A stretch of 31,244 nt of DNA from Deinococcaceae bacterium (GCA_040256005.1 JBDZWC010000020.1:1-31244), one strand, 5' to 3'; shown: positions 1-9,137, numbered from the stretch's first letter. Made by a program: numbers and translations. The notes: generated by a model from the letters alone, not told the origin.

Positions 1-2
1 TA

Positions 3-1691
3 GGCCTGCCCGTCTGGGACGGAGAGCTTTACCTCGAGTACCACCGCGGCACCTACACGACCCAGGCGGCCATCAAGCGCGCCAACCGCCTCAACGAAGG
101 CAAGCTTCACGACGCCGAGCTGGCCGGCACGCTCGCGGCGGTGCTGGCCGGGGCGCCCTACCCCGACCTGACCGAGGCGTGGGAGCTCCTGCTCTACAAC
201 CAGTTCCACGACGTGCTCCCCGGCTCCTCGATCGCGCCGGTCTACGTGGACAGCGCGGCCGATCACGCCCGCATCGCGCGGCTGGCGGACGACGCGTACG
301 CCGCTGCCGAGGCGCACCTGCAGGCTCCGGGCCTGGGCCCGGGGTTCCTGCTGGTCAACGCGCTGGGCTGGGCCCGCGACGGGCTCGTGGCGCTGCCCGC
401 GAACGATCTGGGCCCCGCGCTGGCCGCGGAGGGCGACGACGGAGGCTCCCTGCCCAGCCAGGTGGTGGGCGATGGCGACTCGCGCACCGTCCTGCTGCGA
501 GTCCCCGAGGTCCCTTCGTTGGGCTACCGGTGGGTAGGACTGCGGCGACCGGGCAGCGCTCCGGGTCGTAACGGAGACCGCGACGTCACCGCCACCCAAG
601 GCACGGTCGAGAACGAGCACTACCGGCTGGAACTCGACGAGCGCGGCAGGCTGGCCAGGGTCTACGACAAGACGAACCGACGAGAGGTTCTCCCGGCGGG
701 GCGGCGCGGCAACGTGCTGCAGCTGTTCGAGGACAAGCCGCTAAACTTCGACGCCTGGGACATCGACCCCTACTACCAGGAGACGCTGCGCGAGGTCACG
801 GCGCTGCAGGAGTCAGCGGTGGATGAGGACGGGCCCCTCAGGGCCGCCCTGCGGTTGCGGTGGACGTTCGGTGACTCTGAGCTCGTGCAGCGCATCGTGC
901 TCACCGCGGGCAGCAGGCGCATCGAGTTCCGTACCCAGGTGGACTGGCAGGAACGCAGGACGCTCCTCAAGGTCGCGTTCCCGGTCCTCGTGCGCGCCAG
1001 GCACGCGACCTACGACATCGGACTGGGCGCGATCGAGAGGCCCACCCATTGGAACACGAGTTGGGACTGGGCGCGCTTCGAGGTACCCGCGCATCGCTGG
1101 GCCGACCTCTCCGAGGGCGGCTACGGGGTGGCGCTGCTCAACGACTGCAAGTACGGCTACGACGTCAAGGACGACGTGCTGCGCCTCACGCTGCTGCGCT
1201 CGCCCGTCAGCCCCGACCCGGGGGCCGACCGGGGCAGGCACGAGTTCACATACGCGCTGCTGCCTCACGCCGGCGACTGGCGCGCGGGCGACGTGGTGAG
1301 AGAGGCGCACGACCTGAACGTGCCGCTCCGGCCGGGCCGCATCGGCACTGCCGCCGGAGACCCGTCGCGGGACGCGGGGTCGCCCGAGAGCGGAAACGTC
1401 AGCGCGGTCGCGAGCCGGTTCGGGTTCGCCAGCGTGGACGCCAGCAACGTGGTGCTGCAGACCCTCAAGCGCGCCGAGGACGGCGACGGCTGGATCTTGC
1501 GCCTGTACGAGGCTCACGGCTCCCGCAGCGACAACGTGTCGCTCCGCTTCGGCTTGCCCATGGCGCGGGCCAGCGTCTGCGACCTCCTGGAGAACGAGCT
1601 GGAGCCGCTGGCGTCCCACGGCGACCGCTTGCACCTCTCGGTCGGGCCCTACGAGGTCGTCACGCTCAGGCTCTGGCCGGCCGGCGCGTAA
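3..1691 (+). CDS. Alpha-mannosidase, glycoside hydrolase family 38 (middle and C-terminal domains; 5' end lies outside the window)
   Basis: Frame is open from nt 3 (GLPVWDGELYLEYHRGTYTTQAAIKRANR) and continues into the 141..1691 ORF. GH38 motifs: LLYNQFHDVLPGSSI, DAWDID, WDWARFEVPAHRWADLSE, LLNDCKYG, LTLLRSP, KRAED..LRLYE. Confidence 0.93.
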   Translation, partial: GLPVWDGELYLEYHRGTYTTQAAIKRANRLNEGKLHDAELAGTLAAVLAGAPYPDLTEAWELLLYNQFHDVLPGSSIAPVYVDSAADHARIARLADDAYAAAEAHLQAPGLGPGFLLVNALGWARDGLVALPANDLGPALAAEGDDGGSLPSQVVGDGDSRTVLLRVPEVPSLGYRWVGLRRPGSAPGRNGDRDVTATQGTVENEHYRLELDERGRLARVYDKTNRREVLPAGRRGNVLQLFEDKPLNFDAWDIDPYYQETLREVTALQESAVDEDGPLRAALRLRWTFGDSELVQRIVLTAGSRRIEFRTQVDWQERRTLLKVAFPVLVRARHATYDIGLGAIERPTHWNTSWDWARFEVPAHRWADLSEGGYGVALLNDCKYGYDVKDDVLRLTLLRSPVSPDPGADRGRHEFTYALLPHAGDWRAGDVVREAHDLNVPLRPGRIGTAAGDPSRDAGSPESGNVSAVASRFGFASVDASNVVLQTLKRAEDGDGWILRLYEAHGSRSDNVSLRFGLPMARASVCDLLENELEPLASHGDRLHLSVGPYEVVTLRLWPAGA

Positions 1692-1724
1692 GTGGGACGC
1701 CGCACGCCAGACCCGGCGCCTGAG

Positions 1725-2339
1725 TCAGGTGCCTTCCACGAGCCCGAAGCGGCGCAGGCGCTCCTTGACGGCGAGGGTGCCAGCGAGCGCGATCAGCACA
1801 GGGGAGAAGAGGAACGTCACGCCCACGAAACGTACGCTGAGGACGAGCAGGACCAGGAGCGCGACGGCGACCACGAGGCTGTACAGCGGGCTGGCGAACG
1901 CCGTCAGCGCGGCGTTGCGGTAGGCCTGTCCGAGGGACCGCGACCCCTGCGCGAACAGGTACGGGAGGGCGTAGAACTGCACGAAGAGCCAGCCCAGCAC
2001 CAGCACGACCACCGCGAGCTCGGCGGCCCGGGCCCATGCCTCGGCGAACTGGGCGTAGAACGGCAAGGACACGAAGAGGGAGGCGACCAACCCGATCACC
2101 GGCAGGGCCCACAGCCAGCCCCTCAGGAGGTTGCGCCTGACCTCGGCGAGGAACTCACCCGGCGTCATGTCGTCGTTGGCCGTCAGGCGCTCGAGGTACG
2201 CGTAGACCGCCAACGTCACTGGCGGGCCGGTCAGCACCAGCAGCCAGGAGAGCATCCACACCAGGTTGAGGACCGTCAGCCTCAACCAGTTGCGCCACCA
2301 CTCGGTGGCCGCGTCCCTCAGGACAGCGAAAGCCTCCAC
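1725..2339 (-). CDS. Integral membrane protein, YesL/DUF624-like
   Basis: 204 aa with about 4-5 hydrophobic segments. N-terminal LNLVW..SWLLVLTGP and later FYALPYL resemble YesL/DUF624 proteins of sugar-utilisation loci. Family assigned from motif memory. Confidence 0.6.
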   Translation of the reverse strand: MEAFAVLRDAATEWWRNWLRLTVLNLVWMLSWLLVLTGPPVTLAVYAYLERLTANDDMTPGEFLAEVRRNLLRGWLWALPVIGLVASLFVSLPFYAQFAEAWARAAELAVVVLVLGWLFVQFYALPYLFAQGSRSLGQAYRNAALTAFASPLYSLVVAVALLVLLVLSVRFVGVTFLFSPVLIALAGTLAVKERLRRFGLVEGT

Positions 2340-2378
2340 GCGTCACGCTACCCGTAACGCGGAAGGAAGGAGAGGTAA

Positions 2379-3020
2379 GTGAAGCGAGCGTTGGTGTTCC
2401 GAGGCGGGTGGCAAGGTCACGACCCCGAAGGGTCGGCCGGGCTGGCCCGCCGGTCGCTGGAGCCGGAAGGCTTCGCCGTGGACGTGGTCGACACCCTCCA
2501 GCCACTCGACGACGCGGTCACCCTGACCGCCTACGACCTGATCGTGCCGGTCTGGACGATGGGAGAGCTGAACGCGGAGCGCGAACGCAACCTGATGCGC
2601 GCCGTCGAGGAAGGTACGGGCCTGGCGGGCTGGCACGGGGGGATGGGTGATGCGTTCCGCGCGAGCCTGGGCTACAAGATGATGGTAGGCGGCCAGTTCG
2701 TCGCTCACCCGGGCGACGTCAGGCGCTACATCGTTCGCGTTACCGCCGAGGATCCCATCACGCGAGGCCTGGACGACTTCGAGCTGGTGAGCGAGCAGTA
2801 CTACATGCACGTAGACCCCTCGAACGAGGTGCTGGCCGAGACCACGTTCTCCGGCGACGCCCTGCCGTGGATCGAGGGCGTCGTCATGCCGGTGGCGTGG
2901 AAGAGGCGCTGGGGGAGGGGAAGGGTCTTCTACCTCTCGATCGGCCACGCCGTCGCCGAGTTCGCCGTGCCGCAGGCCGCGACGTTGCTCCGTCGCGGGC
3001 TGGTCTGGGCGAGCCGCTGA
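2379..3020 (+). CDS. ThuA-like (trehalose-utilisation, class I glutamine-amidotransferase-like fold) protein
   Basis: Motifs GGWQGHDP, G.GLAGWHGG.GDAFR, GGQFVAHPG, SEQYYMHVDP, WGRGRVFYLSIGH. Strong SD-like GGAAGGAGAGG just upstream of GTG 2379. Confidence 0.85.
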   Translation: MKRALVFRGGWQGHDPEGSAGLARRSLEPEGFAVDVVDTLQPLDDAVTLTAYDLIVPVWTMGELNAERERNLMRAVEEGTGLAGWHGGMGDAFRASLGYKMMVGGQFVAHPGDVRRYIVRVTAEDPITRGLDDFELVSEQYYMHVDPSNEVLAETTFSGDALPWIEGVVMPVAWKRRWGRGRVFYLSIGHAVAEFAVPQAATLLRRGLVWASR

Positions 3021-3049
3021 GAACACGGGGCGAGCGGTCGTGAAGCGAA

Positions 3050-3073
3050 GAGGCGCCCGCGGACGGGCGCCTC
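3050..3073. terminator. GC-rich hairpin between the convergent ThuA-like gene and tRNA-Glu; probable terminator
   Basis: GAGGCGCCCG-CGGA-CGGGCGCCTC, a 10-bp perfect stem 5 nt beyond the tRNA CCA end. On the minus strand it is followed by TTCGCTTC, a weak U-tract. Confidence 0.6.
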
Positions 3074-3078
3074 GTTCG

Positions 3079-3153
3079 TGGTGACCCCTACGGGATTCGA
3101 ACCCGTGCCGCAACCTTGAAAGGGTTGTGACCTGACCGCTAGTCGAAGGGGCC
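3079..3153 (-). tRNA. tRNA-Glu (anticodon TTC)
   Basis: Reverse complement GGCCCCTTCGACTAGCGGTCAGGTCACAACCCTTTCAAGGTTGCGGCACGGGTTCGAATCCCGTAGGGGTCACCA. Acceptor stem, anticodon stem CAACC/GGTTG with loop CTTTCAA, T-loop GTTCGAATC and encoded CCA are all present. Confidence 0.97.
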
Positions 3154-3198
3154 GCACTACCTTGCGCGCGCAGCAAGCGGTCCGCGAGCGCGTTTACG

Positions 3199-3229
3199 AT
3201 TCTACAGCATGGGCCCGCTGCCTGGTCAA
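3199..3229 (-). promoter_or_regulatory. Putative sigma70-type promoter for tRNA-Glu
   Basis: Minus strand TTGACC (3229-3224), 19-nt spacer, TAGAAT (3204-3199). The spacer is longer than optimal. Confidence 0.5.
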
Positions 3230-3263
3230 CCAGAGAGCGACGAGCGAGGACGTCCAGCGCGGC

Positions 3264-4139
3264 TCAGGCGCGTCCGAAGCGCTCCTTCAGGTGCCGCCAT
3301 GCCACCGGGTCGATGAGCGGTCCGCCCACCCAGCGCTCCTCTAGGTTCTCGACGCCGAACAGACCCTCCAGGGCGCTCTCGGTCTCCGCGTCCCACGCGC
3401 CGGTGGCAGCTCCGACCAGATGACCCTGCCGACGGAGCACCTCCTGCAGCCAACCGATGTCCTCGGCGCTCAAGGTCCGCGGCTCGGTCGTGGGCTTGTC
3501 CAGATACAGCCGGTGCAGGTCCAGGAGCCTGGCGAGCTCGGCGCAAGGGTCCACGTGGTCGTCCACGCGAAGGTCTATCCAGCGGTCGTTGAGGCCGGCG
3601 TAGCCCTTCCCGTGCCCCACCACCAAGAGCGCGGCGGACTGCCTGCCGCGGCTGTCACCGCCCGCGGCGTCCGCCGCGGTGAGCGCGGCCACGAGCCTCT
3701 CGGGGAAGCGCTCGGCGCCTGAGAGGAACCGCTCTACGAGCGCGTCCACGACGTCGGGCCCGGTGAGGATGTTGCCCTGGGCCGCGTAGCCTGGCCCAGA
3801 CCTGCCTCCCGCCCACGCGTGGCACTGGTCGCCGGTGAACGTCACCGACTCGCCGGTAGTGGAGACGATGCCGAACTGGCGGTGCTGGATGCCGTCGTCC
3901 TCGCTCCTGAACGCTTCCGCGCACTGGGCCGGCGACTTACCCGCCCGCAGCAGGTCGATCGCCTTCGGGCCGAAGGTCACGTTGCTGAACGCCTGTGTGG
4001 CCACGGCGCCGACCCCGGCGACCGCCGTGGGCACGTAAGCGCCGACCCCGAGGAACTTGCTGGCGACCACGACGCCGAGGTCGCCTGTGGCCGGGTCGCG
4101 GGCCGCGAGCGAGAAGGTGGCGATGGCTCCAGGATGCAT
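3264..4139 (-). CDS. DUF1028 family Ntn-hydrolase-like protein with C-terminal putative peptidoglycan-binding domain
   Basis: N-terminal ATFSLAARDPATGDLGVVVASKFLGVG, GAVATQA, RQFGIV, QGNIL.G, GGDSRGRQSAALLV, DLRVDDH..P..EL.RL. C-terminal LQEVLRRQG...TGAWDAET..AL....GVENLEER. Start placed at ATG 4139 (MHPGAIATFS) because TATCGT lies 6 nt upstream. Confidence 0.85.
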   Translation of the reverse strand: MHPGAIATFSLAARDPATGDLGVVVASKFLGVGAYVPTAVAGVGAVATQAFSNVTFGPKAIDLLRAGKSPAQCAEAFRSEDDGIQHRQFGIVSTTGESVTFTGDQCHAWAGGRSGPGYAAQGNILTGPDVVDALVERFLSGAERFPERLVAALTAADAAGGDSRGRQSAALLVVGHGKGYAGLNDRWIDLRVDDHVDPCAELARLLDLHRLYLDKPTTEPRTLSAEDIGWLQEVLRRQGHLVGAATGAWDAETESALEGLFGVENLEERWVGGPLIDPVAWRHLKERFGRA

Positions 4140-4180
4140 GTCACGACGATACTGCGGCCGATTCATGCAAGGCTCACCGG

Positions 4181-4870
4181 GTGACCCCACAGAACGTCGA
4201 CCCGGTACTCAGCGTCGCGAGCCTGAGCGTGCGCCTGGGTGGCGTGGAGATCGTGTCGGATGCCGACCTCCGGCTCGCGCCCGGAGACCTCACCCTGTTG
4301 ACCGGTCCCAACGGGGCGGGGAAGAGCACCTTCCTCAGGGCCCTGGTCGGCCTCGTGCCGTCCAGCGGCGATGTCGAGATCGTAGGGCGCCCACCCGCTA
4401 CGCTCTCGGGCCGTGAGGGCTTCGTGTTCGTACCTGATGAGCCGGCCCTCTACGAGGACCTGACGCTGGCGGAGCACGCCTACCTGAACGCCGTGCTGTA
4501 CCGCGACCCGGGAGCCGAGGAGCGCGCCCTGCGGCTGCTGGAGGGCTTCGGGTTGGAGGGCAGGCTGGGCGAGTTCCCAGGCACGCACTCCCGCGGCATG
4601 CGCCAGAAGCTGTCGCTGTCCCTCGCCGTCGCCCTGGAGAGGCCCTTGACGCTCTTGGACGAGCCGTTCAACGGGCTCGACCTCGAGGCTCAGGACCGTC
4701 TGGCCGCGCTCCTCAAGCGCCTCTCCGACGGCGGTCGTGCCGTGTTCCTCACGGGCCACCAGCGCGACCTGGCGGGGCTGCTCGACGCCAGGGTGGTGGA
4801 GATCGTGGACGGGCGCCTGAGGCCTGCGGCCGTCGCGGACGGTGCCGGGGCAGGCGCACGAGCCAGGTGA
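4181..4870 (+). CDS. ABC transporter ATP-binding protein (EcsA / ABC-2 exporter-like)
   Basis: Walker A GPNGAGKST, FVPDEPALYEDLTLAEH, signature HSRGMRQK, Walker B LLDEPFNGLD, H-loop TGH. Likely start is GTG 4181 within ORF 3995..4870. Confidence 0.9.
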   Translation: MTPQNVDPVLSVASLSVRLGGVEIVSDADLRLAPGDLTLLTGPNGAGKSTFLRALVGLVPSSGDVEIVGRPPATLSGREGFVFVPDEPALYEDLTLAEHAYLNAVLYRDPGAEERALRLLEGFGLEGRLGEFPGTHSRGMRQKLSLSLAVALERPLTLLDEPFNGLDLEAQDRLAALLKRLSDGGRAVFLTGHQRDLAGLLDARVVEIVDGRLRPAAVADGAGAGARAR

Positions 4871-6492
4871 GCGTAGGTGAGACGGGCGTAGCCGCGGCGA
4901 GCGCGGGCCGGGCGAGCGCAGGCATCGCTTACCTGCGCGGCCGCACCGTCGCCAGGTCGCTGCGAGCGTACGTGCGCTGGGTGGGACGGGCGATCGGCTG
5001 GTGGACCGTCGGGTACCTGATCTTCTGGCTCGTCGTGTTCGGCATCTCGGCGTTCGAGGCCCTGCCCCGCTCGGCCCAGCCGGTGCCGCTGGACCCCGTG
5101 TACTACGCCGGCGCCTTGGTGGCGCTCTGGTTCCTCTCCGTCCTGTTGTCGGGGCGCGTCCCGCCGTTGAACCTCGACAGTCGCGACCTGTACCGACTTG
5201 CGCTGGCGCCCGTGAGCCCGCACGACGTGCTGGCCTACAGGCTGTGGCTGCGCAGGGGCACGCGCGCGCTGGGCGGCGCGGCCCTCGGCGCGATCTGGGC
5301 GCTGTTCGCGAGCGCGCTTCTGCACCGGGCTACGCCGTGGGCGCCGCTCGTGGGCGCCTTGCTCGCGGTGGCGCGGTTCGACGTCGGCTGGCTCAGGTAC
5401 GTGGCGCGGACCGCGCGGGGTTCGAGCGGCTCCAGCCCCCGCACCGCGTCGCTACTCCTGACGGTCCTGGGCGCAGCATCCGCGGCGTTGCCCTCTTTCC
5501 TCTACTTCACGGGTGGTGCGGCGCCGGCAAGGGACGTCGGCGCTGCTGCGGTCGGCCTGACGGTCACGTCCGCGCTGTGGAGCGGCTCGTGGCTAGTCTT
5601 GGTGGCTCCAGTGCTCCTGGCGGTCGCGGCGCACGTGGCCGTGAGGCGGTCGCTCCGGGAGGAGTGGCCCCCGCGCTTCGCCTCCCAGAGCCTGGTGCTG
5701 GCGCAGCTCCAGGGCCTGCGCTCCATGCAGTTCCTGGCGGCGCTGGCGGGCTTCGGCTTCTCGGGTGTCGCGGGCCCGGGGGAACGCGAGAGGCTGCTGG
5801 CGACGCTGCACGACAGGCCGGGGAGTACCCGTCCGCGGCGCTCTCTACCGCGGCCGAGCGCGGACGCCCCGGCGTGGCAAGGCATCGCCTGGCGCGCCGC
5901 CACGGCCCTCTACAGGCGGCCCGTCCGCACGTGGTTCCTGTTGGCGGCGCAGGTCTTCGCTGCCTGCTGCGGTGGTCTCGTCGCGGCGGGCCAGGTCGTG
6001 GGCGGGGCTGCAGCAGTGACGGCCGCGCCTGGCGCAGGCGGGTTGGCCGGGAGCCTCGGCGGAGCACTGACTGTGCTGGTCGCCGGGTTCCTGACCGCGC
6101 GAGCGACGGCGGCGTTCGTCGGCCCGGGCTTGCCGTCCAAGCTCGCACCCGTGCCGGCGTCGGCGCGCAACCTGGGCCGCAGCGTCCCCGTCCTGGCGGC
6201 GCTGGCGCTGTTCACGCCGCTGGCGTGGTTCACCACGTCCCTGTTGCCCGTCGCGGCCACGGTTTCCAGCGGGCTCCTCGCGGCCTACGCGACGATCCTC
6301 CTCACCGGGGTGTTGGCGGTCGAGAAGTACTCCTCCTGGACCGGCGTGGAGCCGGGGCGGATGGAGCCACAGCTGGTCGCGGCACTGCTCGTCGCCCTCC
6401 CAGCCCTGATCCTGCAGGCTCTCGGCTACCCGGACTGGGTGCTGGGGAGCCAGATCGCGCTGCTGCTGGTGGTCTCGCTCATCGAGGTGTGA
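4867..6492 (+). CDS. Uncharacterised polytopic membrane protein, probable permease partner of the ABC ATPase
   Basis: 541 aa with many hydrophobic helices in two halves separated by a charged loop (ERERLLATLHDRPGSTRPRRSLP). GTGA overlap with the ATPase stop codon. Confidence 0.7.
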   Translation: MSVGETGVAAASAGRASAGIAYLRGRTVARSLRAYVRWVGRAIGWWTVGYLIFWLVVFGISAFEALPRSAQPVPLDPVYYAGALVALWFLSVLLSGRVPPLNLDSRDLYRLALAPVSPHDVLAYRLWLRRGTRALGGAALGAIWALFASALLHRATPWAPLVGALLAVARFDVGWLRYVARTARGSSGSSPRTASLLLTVLGAASAALPSFLYFTGGAAPARDVGAAAVGLTVTSALWSGSWLVLVAPVLLAVAAHVAVRRSLREEWPPRFASQSLVLAQLQGLRSMQFLAALAGFGFSGVAGPGERERLLATLHDRPGSTRPRRSLPRPSADAPAWQGIAWRAATALYRRPVRTWFLLAAQVFAACCGGLVAAGQVVGGAAAVTAAPGAGGLAGSLGGALTVLVAGFLTARATAAFVGPGLPSKLAPVPASARNLGRSVPVLAALALFTPLAWFTTSLLPVAATVSSGLLAAYATILLTGVLAVEKYSSWTGVEPGRMEPQLVAALLVALPALILQALGYPDWVLGSQIALLLVVSLIEV

Positions 6493-6552
6493 CCCGATGA
6501 GCCGGACGACCTGGAACGGTCTCCGGCGCGCACCGCTTATCCTGCTGAAGCC

Positions 6553-7125
6553 ATGGCAGAAGGAACGAGGGACTCAGCCGGCGAGTCCGGCGGCGTCGTG
6601 CCGGTCGACCTGGTGCGCGGTGTCTTCAAGAGCCAGTACCACGCCGGGCTGGCCATGCTGCGCCAGGCTATCGAGCTGTGCCCGGATGACCTGTGGTACG
6701 ACGCAGCACCCAAGAACGCGTTCTGGCAGGTGGCCTACCACACGCTCTTCTTCACGCACCTCTATCTCATGCCTCGGGAGGAGGACTTCGTGCCGTGGGA
6801 AGGTCACGTGGCCGACGTTCAGAACCCCGATGGCATCGCCGGCCCTCCCGACCCGGAGAGTCCGCTACCCGTCATCCCTGCGCCGTACTCGCAGGAGCAG
6901 GCGCTTCAGTACCTGCAGTACCTCGACGGCATGATTGACGAGGCCGTCGATACCCTCGACTTCGCGGCAGCGGAGAGCGGCTTCCACCGGTACAGGGTGC
7001 CCAAGCTGGAGCATCAGGTGATCAACGTGAGGCACCTCAACCACCACATGGCTCAGCTCGCCGACAGGCTCACCGCGGCAGGTGTCGGCGCGGTGCGCTG
7101 GGTGGGGGCCAGACGGCCCGCCTGA
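6553..7125 (+). CDS. DinB/YfiT-like superfamily protein (putative metal-dependent thiol S-transferase fold)
   Basis: L.QAIELCPDDLW, WQVAYHT (first His) and C-terminal RHLNHHMAQL (HxxxH) give the three-His DinB pattern. Confidence 0.75.
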   Translation: MAEGTRDSAGESGGVVPVDLVRGVFKSQYHAGLAMLRQAIELCPDDLWYDAAPKNAFWQVAYHTLFFTHLYLMPREEDFVPWEGHVADVQNPDGIAGPPDPESPLPVIPAPYSQEQALQYLQYLDGMIDEAVDTLDFAAAESGFHRYRVPKLEHQVINVRHLNHHMAQLADRLTAAGVGAVRWVGARRPA

Positions 7126-7184
7126 GGACTTGATGGTGAGCGGCCGGTCAGCTCGGAGAACACGCGACCAGCTTCGCAAGAGGA

Positions 7185-7260
<76 letters not shown>

Positions 7261-7407
7261 ACGAACGCTGCGTGACGAGCGTCGCCGCCGGGGTGCGTTC
7301 CCACCCGCTTGCTCGCCTCGTCGACGGCGCGCACCCGTACCGACCAGCCGATGATACCGTCCGCCCGGCGCCCGCTCAGGTGGTTACCACCTCACCGCCG
7401 GCGTGCC

Positions 7408-7436
7408 TTGTTGCCCCCGAGACACCTTGCTAGACT
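7408..7436 (+). promoter_or_regulatory. Putative sigma70 promoter of the nuo operon (extended -10)
   Basis: TTGTTG (7408-7413), 17-nt spacer ending in TGC, then TAGACT (7431-7436). Confidence 0.65.
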
Positions 7437-7450
7437 CTAGTCGTTGGAGT

Positions 7451-7468
7451 TCGTGAAATCGCGCACTA
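7451..7468. promoter_or_regulatory. Candidate Rex (NADH/NAD+ sensor) operator
   Basis: TCGTGAAATCGCGCACTA has the GTG-N8-CAC geometry of the Rex consensus TTGTGAANNNNTTCACAA (10 of 14 defined positions match). It lies just downstream of the predicted transcription start of an NADH dehydrogenase operon. Confidence 0.5.
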
Positions 7469-7576
7469 GGACGGCGTGGACGGCCGCTCAGGCGTAGATG
7501 AGGCGAACTCGAAGATGACGCGTGCGGGGCGCCGTCAGGCTGCCTTCGCGGCGCTTGCGGACGGGAAGGGGCGCGC

Positions 7577-7924
7577 GTGTACGCCGAGCTGCTCATGATG
7601 TTCCTCGCCGCCGGCCTCATCGCCGTGCTGGCGTTGGCGGTGGGTTCCTTGGTGGGGCCCAGACGCGCGACCGAGACGACGCTGGCGCCTTACGAGTCGG
7701 GCATACCCGCCGCCGGCTCGGCCCGCGAGCGCTTCCCGGTCCACTTCTACCTGGTGGCGATGATGTTCATCATCTTCGACCTCGAGACGGCCTTCTTCTA
7801 CCCGCTGGCCGTCAAGTTCAACGCGGCGCCGCAGTTCCTGCTGGCGAACGCCGCGGTCTTCATCGCCCTGCTCGCAGTGGGGTTCGTCTACCTGCTGCGC
7901 AAGGGCGTCTTCGACTGGAAGTGA
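7577..7924 (+). CDS. nuoA: NADH-quinone oxidoreductase subunit A
   Basis: [33 protein letters not shown]-like GGAAGGGG upstream. Confidence 0.95.
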   Translation: MYAELLMMFLAAGLIAVLALAVGSLVGPRRATETTLAPYESGIPAAGSARERFPVHFYLVAMMFIIFDLETAFFYPLAVKFNAAPQFLLANAAVFIALLAVGFVYLLRKGVFDWK

Positions 7925-7926
7925 GC

Positions 7927-8466
7927 ATGGGACTCAGGGACCTCTTCGAGCGCGACGTCCAGGAGCTGGAGGCCGAGGGCTTCCTCTTCGAGTCGCTGCA
8001 GAACCTGGTGAAATGGGGACGTAGCAACAGCATGTGGCCCGTCACCTTCGGTCTGGCTTGTTGCGCGATCGAGATGATGGCGGCGACCAACGCGCGCAAC
8101 GACATGGCGCGGTTCGGGTCCGAGGTGTTCCGCGCCAGCCCGCGCCAGGCCGACGTCATGATCGTCGCCGGACGGCTGAGCAAGAAGATGGCACCCGTCA
8201 TGCGGCGCGTCTACGAGCAGATGCCGGACCCGAAGTGGGTGATCAGCATGGGCGCCTGCGCGTCCTCCGGCGGGATGTTCAACAACTACGCCATCGTCCA
8301 GAACGTGGACTCCGTGGTGCCCGTCGACATCTACGTGCCCGGCTGCCCGCCGCGGCCCGAGGCCCTCATCTACGCGGTGCAGCAGCTACAGAAGAAGGTG
8401 CGCGGCGAGGCCTTCGACGAGCGCGGCGAGCGGCTTCCCATGGTGGAAGGCTGGTCCAGGCCGTGA
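7927..8466 (+). CDS. nuoB: NADH-quinone oxidoreductase subunit B
   Basis: [41 protein letters not shown]. Start ATG 7927 inside ORF 7522..8466. Confidence 0.97.
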   Translation: MGLRDLFERDVQELEAEGFLFESLQNLVKWGRSNSMWPVTFGLACCAIEMMAATNARNDMARFGSEVFRASPRQADVMIVAGRLSKKMAPVMRRVYEQMPDPKWVISMGACASSGGMFNNYAIVQNVDSVVPVDIYVPGCPPRPEALIYAVQQLQKKVRGEAFDERGERLPMVEGWSRP

Positions 8467-9137
8467 GCCAGGTGGCGTTCACGCTGCCACGCCCGGCCGA
8501 CCTGGCGCGCATGCGATCCGAGGCGCTGGCGCGCCTGTCCGGCTTCGAGGGGCGTGTCAGCGAGTTCAAGGGGATGACCAGCGTGACCGTGCCGAAGGAA
8601 GCGATCGTGGAGGCGCTCAGGCGGGTGCGGGACGCCGGCTACGAGATGCTCACCGACGTACACGGCATGGACTACCTCACCTACCCCGGCCACCAAGGCA
8701 AGCGCTTCTCCGTCGTGTACGACGTGCATGACCTCTCGGGAGCGGAGAGGCTGTTCCTACGCGTGGACCTCGACGAAGGAGAGTCGGTGCAGTCCTGCAC
8801 CGGCATCTGGCCGGGCGCGAACTTCCTAGAGCGCGAGTGCTTCGACATGCTGGGCATCGTCTTCGACGGGCACCCCGACCTGCGCAAGATCCTCACGCCC
8901 GAGGACCTGGATGGGCACCCGCATCGCAAGGACTACCCCCTGGGCGAGACCCCGACGCTGTTCAACGACGGGCGGTTCATAGACCCGCCGTCCTTCCGCG
9001 CCGGGCTCACCGGCCGTGACCCCGGGCTGACGGGCTGGAAGGGCGGCTCGCGCCAGGGCGTTCGGTCCACCCAGACGCCCGGTCCGCGGTCCCGCCTGAC
9101 GAGCAACCTTGACGCCGGCGAGGCGGGCGAGAGCTGA
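8463..9137 (+). CDS. nuoC: NADH-quinone oxidoreductase subunit C
   Basis: [36 protein letters not shown], Thermus Nqo5-like tail [17 protein letters not shown] overlap with the nuoB stop. Confidence 0.95.
   Translation: MSQVAFTLPRPADLARMRSEALARLSGFEGRVSEFKGMTSVTVPKEAIVEALRRVRDAGYEMLTDVHGMDYLTYPGHQGKRFSVVYDVHDLSGAERLFLRVDLDEGESVQSCTGIWPGANFLERECFDMLGIVFDGHPDLRKILTPEDLDGHPHRKDYPLGETPTLFNDGRFIDPPSFRAGLTGRDPGLTGWKGGSRQGVRSTQTPGPRSRLTSNLDAGEAGES

Noticed and set aside
2373..2380. AGGTAAGT matching half of the 22421-22435 dyad
   Set aside because: It is explained by the SD plus GTG start of the ThuA-like gene, and a single 8-mer match is not significant.
7132..7160. GATGGTGAGCGGCCGG..CTCG loosely echoing the tRNA-Lys 3' end (GATGGTGGGTCGCCCGG..CTCG) as an att scar
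   Set aside because: Only 7 nt are exactly identical and the rest needs gaps, which is compatible with chance.
3154..7184. Genomic island integrated at a tRNA (block flanked by tRNA-Glu and tRNA-Lys)
   Set aside because: No integrase or transposase, no duplicated tRNA 3' end, and codon style matches the flanks.
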